A stretch of 51,022 bases of DNA from an uncultured Muribaculaceae bacterium. GTDB taxonomy: Bacteria > Bacillota_I > Bacilli_A > RF39 > UBA660. The translations under genes and the position numbers were made by a program. The stretch is from positions 1-51,022 of the forward strand of contig CAYVSY010000001.1 of NCBI GenBank assembly GCA_964454255.1. The letters are read 5' to 3'. Within the stretch, counting starts at the first letter, position 1. Each line of letters starts with the position of its first letter. The notes under the pieces were generated by a model, which saw only the letters and a program-made list of their open reading frames with translations, had not been told where the DNA came from and searched no databases. This document shows, piece by piece, positions 1-6,572 of the stretch.

Positions 1-21
1 AATTAAATTTTTATAATTATT

Positions 22-43
22 AGGTGCATTTTAGGTGCATTTT
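22..43 (+). repeat. perfect tandem direct repeat, 2 x 11 bp (AGGTGCATTTT), candidate operator
   Basis: Positions 22-32 and 33-43 are identical. The repeat lies where the -35 element of the downstream extended -10 promoter would be. Confidence 0.6.
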
Positions 44-53
44 TTAATATTCA

Positions 54-62
54 TGGTATAAT
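54..62 (+). promoter_or_regulatory. extended -10 promoter element (TGGTATAAT) for the 87..905 gene
   Basis: TGnTATAAT match about 25 nt upstream of ATG 87. An AGGAGG RBS lies at 72-77. Confidence 0.5.
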
Positions 63-86
63 TAATAACATAGGAGGCCAAAATTA

Positions 87-905
87 ATGATAGAAAAAGG
101 AACTCAATTAAAAGGATATATTCAAAGAGAAACAAAAGCCGTTCCAATGCATTCAAATTATGGATATACATACTATTTTTGTCGAACATTTTTACAAAGA
201 CTGTATAAAGAAAATCCGGATTATTTTATTTTAAGAGGGAGTTATGCTCAATATGCCAATTTAAAAACTATAAACAGACCATTAACAGATATAGACCTTG
301 TTACATTCAAACATATTGAAAGCGCTAAAAACACAATTGAACAGACAATTAAGATTAATGATCAAATTAAATTTGAAATAAAACAAAAATTTGTCACAAC
401 TAATTCAACTATAAATTATCGAATAGGGTGCACTTTTGATAACATACAACATTTAATATCATTAGATTTAAAAAGCGATAATTCTTTTGATTCCCAAATT
501 AATGAATTACCAAAATTATTCAGTCAAGATGAAATATTTAATGTTAATGCTGCTACATTAGAGGAAGGACTAGCTAGTAAAATTTATGTTGTTTTATTAA
601 ATTTATATTTACAGCAAAAATTAGGTAAAGAGTTTCGAAGGTTCAAAGATTTTTATGATATTCAATGTATCTTACAATCAAAGAAATTTGATGAAAATAA
701 AGTTAGAGAAATTTTGGCAAAAAAAATAACGACAGATAATTTTTTAAATAGTTATAATTTAACAGGTAATGTGTTTGATAAACAATTTGTCACACAAAAT
801 ATGGATCAATGGAATCAAGAAAAGAAAAAATACGAATTTAAAAATTCTATTGAATTTGATGATAGTGTTGATTCATTAAATAAATTTATATTTAGAAAAA
901 AATAA
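87..905 (+). CDS. AbiEii/AbiGii-like nucleotidyltransferase (toxin family) protein
   Basis: FILRGSYAQ...RPLTDIDLV resembles the fvLKGGtal...R.T.DIDl NTase motif. FRRFKDFYDIQCIL resembles the C-terminal R.KDlYDl motif. Strong RBS. Confidence 0.5.
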   Translation: MIEKGTQLKGYIQRETKAVPMHSNYGYTYYFCRTFLQRLYKENPDYFILRGSYAQYANLKTINRPLTDIDLVTFKHIESAKNTIEQTIKINDQIKFEIKQKFVTTNSTINYRIGCTFDNIQHLISLDLKSDNSFDSQINELPKLFSQDEIFNVNAATLEEGLASKIYVVLLNLYLQQKLGKEFRRFKDFYDIQCILQSKKFDENKVREILAKKITTDNFLNSYNLTGNVFDKQFVTQNMDQWNQEKKKYEFKNSIEFDDSVDSLNKFIFRKK

Positions 906-936
906 TTACAGTTATATTCAGGGGAGGAAAAGTATA

Positions 937-2331
937 ATGGAAATAAGCATATTAGGAAATACAAGAATTTATGAATTAGAAAAAAGAATAAAAATGGTTG
1001 CGGCTGCCGGTAAATTATCAAGATTCAAAGGCAATGTTTTTGATGTATATGATTCATGTAATAATTATGAAAAAAATTTAAAGTTTATTGAAAAAGTTAT
1101 AGGTATGGGGCATAAATCAATTGTTGAACATGATTATTTAGTAATTGCCTTGAAAAATGTAAGTCCAATTGTCGAACAAACTTTAATTGAAGAAAGATTT
1201 TCATCATTTACTATAAAATCAAGAAGAGAAGTTAACTTTGAAAATGCTGGATATTATACACCAAATTTTTATGATAATGCCGGTAAAATTTTTGAAAACA
1301 ATAAAACTTTACAAGAACAATATAAAAAGCATATGGAATATTTATTTGGAGTATATAAAGAATTAATTGATTTAGAAATACCTAAAGAAGATGCAAGATA
1401 TATATTACCATATTCATTTAATAGTAATATTATTATGGGAGTAGATGCTCACACCTTAAACAGAATGATATTAAAATTAAAAACAAATTCTATTGAAGAA
1501 TTAAGAATAGTTGGTAATCAGTTAGCTAATATAGTAAGCAATGAAGTGCCATATCTTTCAAATGAGTTATATAAAGATTATAATACTATTGAAAGTATTG
1601 AATCACTTATACCAAAAAAAGTAAAACAAAACAAAGTAGATATTAAATCAATTAATAATGTTAAATTGTTATCAGCTACCGACAATATTGATGAAACAAT
1701 TATTGCATCATTGTTATGCGAATTGTATGGAATTGATTATAATAAAGCAAAAGAAATATATAATAACGAATTTAAAAATAATTCTGAACTTACTGATAGT
1801 ATTATTAAGAAATTATATACTACAATTGATAAAAATGCTTTAAAACAAGTTAATTTTAGATTTCAAATTCCAATTTCTTTAGCTGCTTTAACTCATATCA
1901 CTAGACATAGAACTCATGATATGATCATCCCTAGTTTTGTGCCTAACAATAATCTTTTAGATTATGTTGAACCACAAACAATTCATTGTCTTAATCCTAA
2001 ATTATGTAGAAATGTTTTTAAGCACAATTATAGCGTATATAAATCATTTAAAAATCAAGGGATAAGTGAAACTAATTTACCATATTTTCATTTAGCTGGT
2101 AATAAAATAAATATAATTACTTCTATGTCAGGTGAAACGTTAGCACATATATTACATTTAAGAACATGTAATAAAGCTCAGTGGGAAATTAAAAATATAG
2201 CTCAACAAATGCAAAATTTAGTTTCAAATAGATGTAACAGTTTTTCAAAAATATTAGGACCTGATTGCGAAGTATTAGGCATATGTCCTGAAAAAGGTGA
2301 AAGTTGCAAATTGAAAAAAATTAAAAAATAA
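937..2331 (+). CDS. thyX: FAD-dependent thymidylate synthase ThyX, tandem two-domain form
   Basis: First half has GHKSIVEH, EDARYILPYS and a degenerate EERFSSFTIKSRR. Second half has ITRHRTHDMIIPS and NKAQWEIKNIAQQM. Lies next to glyA. Confidence 0.75.
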   Translation: MEISILGNTRIYELEKRIKMVAAAGKLSRFKGNVFDVYDSCNNYEKNLKFIEKVIGMGHKSIVEHDYLVIALKNVSPIVEQTLIEERFSSFTIKSRREVNFENAGYYTPNFYDNAGKIFENNKTLQEQYKKHMEYLFGVYKELIDLEIPKEDARYILPYSFNSNIIMGVDAHTLNRMILKLKTNSIEELRIVGNQLANIVSNEVPYLSNELYKDYNTIESIESLIPKKVKQNKVDIKSINNVKLLSATDNIDETIIASLLCELYGIDYNKAKEIYNNEFKNNSELTDSIIKKLYTTIDKNALKQVNFRFQIPISLAALTHITRHRTHDMIIPSFVPNNNLLDYVEPQTIHCLNPKLCRNVFKHNYSVYKSFKNQGISETNLPYFHLAGNKINIITSMSGETLAHILHLRTCNKAQWEIKNIAQQMQNLVSNRCNSFSKILGPDCEVLGICPEKGESCKLKKIKK

Positions 2332-2343
2332 TGAGGTGGAAAT

Positions 2344-3552
2344 ATGGATGATAAAATTTTAAATGCTTTAAAAAAAGAAAAAAAACGTCAAGAAAAAACT
2401 ATCGAATTAATAGCTTCAGAAAATTTTGTTTCTAAAGATATATTAAAATTACAAGGTAGTATTTTTACAAATAAATATGCTGAAGGATATCCAAATAAAA
2501 GATATTATGGTGGCTGTGAAAACGTTGATACCATTGAAACATTAGCAATAGATTATGTCAAAAATTTATTTAAATGTCAATATGCCAATGTTCAACCGCA
2601 TTCTGGTTCAAGTGCCAATATGGCCGTATATAAAGCGTTATTAAATAATAATGATAAAATATTGAGTATGAGTTTAAATGATGGTGGACATTTAACACAT
2701 GGTCATAAAGTAAATTTTAGCGGTAAAGAATATAATATCATTTCATATAACGTTGATCCAATAACGGAAATAATTGATTATAATAAATTAGAAGAACTTG
2801 CTTTAAAAGAAAAACCAAAATTAATAATTGCCGGAGCTAGTGCATATTCTAGACTAATTGATTACAAAAGAATAAAAGAAATATCTACTAAAATAAATGC
2901 AATATTTATGGTAGATATGGCTCATATTGCCGGACTTGTAGCGGCTAATGTCATCCCCAGCCCTATTCAATATGCTGACATAATCACATCAACAACCCAT
3001 AAAACATTACGCGGTCCTCGAGGAGGGTTTATATTAACTAATTCTGAAGAGATAGCTAAAAAAATTGATAAGACTGTATTCCCCGGAATACAAGGTGGAC
3101 CATTAATGCATGTAATAGCGGCCAAAGCAGAATGCTTTTATGAAGCAATGCAACAAGATTTTATTGAATATCAAAAACAAGTTTTAAAAAATGCTAAAGC
3201 ATTATCAAAAGCATTACAAAATGGTGGAATCAGAATAGTTTCAGGTGATACAGAAAATCACTTAATCTTAATTGATGTAAAAAAATCATTAAATATAACT
3301 GGTAAAGATGCTGAAGAAATACTAAATGAAATTGGAATAACGGTAAATAAAAATACTATTCCTTTTGATACATTACCGCCAACCAAGACAAGTGGTATAA
3401 GACTTGGAACACCAGCTATGACAACGAAAGGATTAAAAGAAGAAAATTTTATTGAAATTGGGAATATTATTATCGATGCATTAAAAAAAAATAATGATGT
3501 TAAATCACTTCAAAAAAGAGTAAATTTAATAATTAAAAAATGTATATTATGA
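2344..3552 (+). CDS. glyA: serine hydroxymethyltransferase
   Basis: [23 protein letters not shown] and [14 protein letters not shown] (PLP lysine). 402 aa. Ends in TGA. Confidence 0.97.
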   Translation: MDDKILNALKKEKKRQEKTIELIASENFVSKDILKLQGSIFTNKYAEGYPNKRYYGGCENVDTIETLAIDYVKNLFKCQYANVQPHSGSSANMAVYKALLNNNDKILSMSLNDGGHLTHGHKVNFSGKEYNIISYNVDPITEIIDYNKLEELALKEKPKLIIAGASAYSRLIDYKRIKEISTKINAIFMVDMAHIAGLVAANVIPSPIQYADIITSTTHKTLRGPRGGFILTNSEEIAKKIDKTVFPGIQGGPLMHVIAAKAECFYEAMQQDFIEYQKQVLKNAKALSKALQNGGIRIVSGDTENHLILIDVKKSLNITGKDAEEILNEIGITVNKNTIPFDTLPPTKTSGIRLGTPAMTTKGLKEENFIEIGNIIIDALKKNNDVKSLQKRVNLIIKKCIL

Positions 3553-3580
3553 TATAATTAAGTATAGGTAGGTGATAAAA

Positions 3581-4402
3581 ATGAACATAATTGAAACAAT
3601 TATTTTAGGAATAATTCAAGGAATAGGAGAGTTTTTACCGATTTCTTCATCAGCGCATTTAATTATTATTCCATATTTATTTAATTTTGCTGATATAGGT
3701 TCAGCCAATTCAAAATTAGCTTTTGATGTAGCTTTACATGCTGGAACATTAATTTCTGTTTTAATAATTTATTATAAAGACTGGATCAATTTATTTAAAG
3801 GAGCATGTAATAAAATATTTAAGAAAAAAGATTCATTTGAAAATAAAATGTTTTGGTATTTAGTTTTAGCAACTATACCAGGAGCAATAATTGGATTTTT
3901 ATTAGAAGATATTATTGAAAGTGCTGTTCGTGGTAATTTATTAATAATTGCGATATGCTTAGCAATAATGGGTGTATTGTTATATTTAGGTGATAAATGG
4001 GCCAAAAAAAAATATACAAATAACCAAACAAATTTTGAAAATCTAACATTAAAACAAACATTCATAATAGGGTTATCTCAAGCTTTAGCCGTCATTCCAG
4101 GTTTTTCTAGATCCGGAACAACAATATTAACAGGAAGGTTATTAGGTGTTTCAAAAACAGCAATAACAAAATTTACCTTTTTATTATCTACACCAATAAT
4201 ATTTGGAGCAGCATTAGTCAATATAAAAGATTTAGTTATAACTAAAGAAGTAATAATTGGAATATTAACATCAGCAATTGTAGGAATAATAACAATTAAA
4301 TTTTTATTAAATTATATTAAAAAACATGATTTTTCAGTATTTGCTGTATATAGAGTTGTTCTTGCTATAATAATAATTATAAAATTAATAATAGTTAAAT
4401 AA
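3581..4402 (+). CDS. uppP: undecaprenyl-diphosphate phosphatase
   Basis: GIIQGIGEFLPISSSAHL and PGFSRSG motifs; multi-TM. ATG 3581 is preferred over GTG 3572 because the RBS TAGGTAGG lies 8 nt upstream. Confidence 0.92.
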   Translation: MNIIETIILGIIQGIGEFLPISSSAHLIIIPYLFNFADIGSANSKLAFDVALHAGTLISVLIIYYKDWINLFKGACNKIFKKKDSFENKMFWYLVLATIPGAIIGFLLEDIIESAVRGNLLIIAICLAIMGVLLYLGDKWAKKKYTNNQTNFENLTLKQTFIIGLSQALAVIPGFSRSGTTILTGRLLGVSKTAITKFTFLLSTPIIFGAALVNIKDLVITKEVIIGILTSAIVGIITIKFLLNYIKKHDFSVFAVYRVVLAIIIIIKLIIVK

Positions 4403-4416
4403 TAACCATTATTAAT

Positions 4417-4490
4417 GCCGTTTTAGTTCAGTGGTAGAATAAAAGCATGGTAAGCTTCAGACGACAGTTCAATTCTGTCAAATGGCACCA
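4417..4490 (+). tRNA. tRNA-Thr (anticodon GGU), CCA encoded
   Basis: Hand-folded cloverleaf. Acceptor GCCGTTT/AAATGGC (one G-U); D arm GTTC/GAAT; anticodon stem AAAGC/GCTTC with loop ATGGTAA; T arm GACAG-TTCAATT-CTGTC; then ACCA. 74 nt. Confidence 0.88.
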
Positions 4491-4501
4491 TTTTGTAAGC
4501 A

Positions 4502-4530
4502 GACTTGTTCTTTTTTATACAAGTTTTTAT
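4502..4530 (+). terminator. possible rho-independent terminator after the tRNA
   Basis: ACTTGT (4503-4508) pairs with ACAAGT (4519-4524), followed by TTTTT. Confidence 0.35.
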
Positions 4531-4580
4531 TTGTATGATATAATTGAATCAATAGATAGTAATTTGAAGAAGTGTTGTGT

Positions 4581-5145
4581 ATGAATCTAAGTAAAGATGA
4601 ATTAGAGCATTTGTGGGAGATTTTTCCAATCATATTTGTTGATAATAATCCAAAATTTGTTGAACAATATTGTGAAGAAGAATTGAAATTAAAGAAGCTA
4701 TTAGGTAATTACATTATAAGAATAAGTCATATTGGAAGTACATCAATAAAAAAAAATTAAGACAAAACCTATAGTAGATATATTGATTGAGATTGGAAAC
4801 ATTCATGAAATTATCAATATAGAAAATATATTAATAAATAATGGATATACACTTATGAATAAAGATTTAAATAAAATTAAAATAAGTTTTAATAAGGGTT
4901 ATACAATGAATGGTTATGCTGATAAAGTTTTTAATATTCATATAAAAAAATATTATGATTGTGATGAACTTTATTTTAGAGATTATTTGAATTGTCATGA
5001 AGAGAAGGCAAAAGAATATGAAAAATTAAAATTAGATTTATATCAAAAATATAAACCAAATAGAGATTTGTATACCGAAGGAAAAAGTGATTTTGTTCAT
5101 TGCATAGTAAAACTAGCAAAAACTGAATATGCAAATAGATATTAA
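4581..5145 (+). pseudogene. GrpB-family protein gene, split by a frameshift in an A9 run
   Basis: ORF 1 ends ...ISHIGSTSIKKN*. The next frame continues KTKPIVDILIEIG...FRDYLNCHEEKAKEYEKLK...YTEGKSDF. This matches the GrpB pattern HIGSTS..AKPIIDI...FRDYLR. The frame change occurs at A9, 4748-4756. Confidence 0.8.
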
Positions 5146-5190
5146 TTAACAAAACAATATTGGATATTAAATTATACAATTTTTAAATTA

Positions 5191-5218
5191 AAATGAATAA
5201 TAAAACGTTCATTTTTTT
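5191..5218 (+). terminator. rho-independent terminator after grpB
   Basis: AAATGAA (5191-5197) pairs with TTCATTT (5208-5214), followed by a T run. Confidence 0.5.
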
Positions 5219-5331
5219 GTCAGGAAATCGACCAGGAATGAGCGTCAAAAATAAATTAGGAAATAATCAGGAATTAAAAAAACAAAAAAATCAAAAATTA
5301 TTAAAACTCTGCAAACCCTTATAAAATCTAG

Positions 5332-5601
5332 AAAATAGATGAGATTGGATATTTACCAGTTGATAAGCAAGGGGCAAATTTGTTATTTCAATTAATAGCA
5401 AAAAGATATGAAAAGCATTTAACAATAATAACTACCAATATGGTATTTAGCAAATGGGGAGAAGTATTTAGTGATAATGTATTAGCTAATGCAATATTAG
5501 ATAGGTTGTTGCATCATTCACATGTAATAAATATTAAGGGAAATTCATATAGAATAAAAAACAAAATTGGTGAACTAGAAATCGATAAAAAAGAACACTA
5601 A
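5332..5601 (+). mobile_element. istB: IS21-family istB (AAA+ helper) 5'-truncated remnant
   Basis: KIDEIGYLPVDKQGANLLFQLIAKRYEKHLTIITTNMVFSKWGEVF...AILDRLLHHSHVINIKGNSYRIKNK is near-collinear with the IS21 IstB C terminus from Walker B onward. There is an in-frame TAG at 5329. No istA and no IstB N terminus are present. Confidence 0.85.
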
Positions 5602-5672
5602 TATTCATATAAAGTGTTCAACTTTGAAAATGACATTTTTGTCCAAATTTTGATTGACATTTACATCTTAAA

Positions 5673-5945
5673 ATGGTAAATATAATAAAACAAGAAATTG
5701 ACATTGAAGAAGCATTAAAAAGGAAAATAGAATTTATTTGTAGTTTTTGTAATACTACTTATGAATTAAGAACAGGAAGTATTAGGACAATAGAACATAC
5801 AAATATCAGCTATGTAGAACCACACAGAATTATTATAAAAGGGATTGTATTTTTTATGTTTAATTATGAAATAGATGTTTATATCAATGACTTAAATACG
5901 AAAATATTATTAAAAGATTTAGAAAAATACATTAAAAAAATATAG
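5673..5945 (+). CDS. hypothetical protein (weak)
   Basis: 90-aa ORF with no recognisable SD. Its start overlaps promoter-like IS-end sequence. Confidence 0.25.
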   Translation: MVNIIKQEIDIEEALKRKIEFICSFCNTTYELRTGSIRTIEHTNISYVEPHRIIIKGIVFFMFNYEIDVYINDLNTKILLKDLEKYIKKI

Positions 5946-5987
5946 AAATATAAGTAAATTCCATTTCAAAATAAGGCAAAATATTTG

Positions 5988-6015
5988 TTGCATTTTAAGA
6001 AAATTATGATAGAAT
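5988..6015 (+). promoter_or_regulatory. sigma-A type promoter TTGCAT-16-TG-n-TAGAAT
   Basis: -35 at 5988-5993; extended -10 TGATAGAAT at 6007-6015; about 17-25 nt upstream of the Fic-like ORF. Confidence 0.5.
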
Positions 6016-6031
6016 ATTAATCGGTGAGATT

Positions 6032-6493
6032 GTGAGAAACATGAAATTTGAAGAAAAATATAATACATTTAATTCTAACATGGTTAATTTTAACGCATAT
6101 GGTTTTACATTAATTGATCAAATACATAATTATTTATTTGATTATAATGAACCTTATTATGATGTTAGAGTTAAATCTGAAATGATAAATAAATTGAGTG
6201 ATGAAATTAATTTAATTATTAATAAAAGATTTAAAGGTATACTTATTGAAGAAATAGATAAATTATTAAAACTTATTGCTGTTATTAGATTATATCAACC
6301 TTTTTATGATGGCAATAGAAGAACTTGCTTTCTTCTATTAAAATATTATTTTGATAGTAACAATATAAAATTTATATTAAAATTAGATGAAAATTATGAT
6401 GATTTTATATACAATTTAATTCCAATAATATATAGCGAGAGTGATGAAATTAATAGTGAGTATAAAAAAAGAATACTTTCTTTGGTAAAATAA
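6032..6493 (+). CDS. Fic/Doc-family domain protein with a degenerate active-site motif
   Basis: YQPFYDGNRRTCFLLLKYYF compared with the Fic motif HPFx(D/E)GNGRxxR. The catalytic His is replaced by Gln. Alternative start at ATG 6041. Confidence 0.5.
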   Translation: MRNMKFEEKYNTFNSNMVNFNAYGFTLIDQIHNYLFDYNEPYYDVRVKSEMINKLSDEINLIINKRFKGILIEEIDKLLKLIAVIRLYQPFYDGNRRTCFLLLKYYFDSNNIKFILKLDENYDDFIYNLIPIIYSESDEINSEYKKRILSLVK

Positions 6494-6516
6494 CCATATA
6501 TTTATGGTTTTTTTCT
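6492..6516 (+). terminator. rho-independent terminator
   Basis: AACCATA-TATT-TATGGTT, followed by TTTTTT. Confidence 0.65.
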
Positions 6517-6572
6517 TGCTAAAAAATGTTATTTAATGTATAATTTATATAGAATAAGTTAGGTGATAATGT

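Noticed and set aside
4499-4510. Shared 9-mer CAGACTTGT after the tRNA (4499) and after the 17361 gene (about 18098). Considered as a repeated element or terminator family.
   Set aside because: Only 9 nt are shared, with different flanks. There is not enough to call a repeat family.
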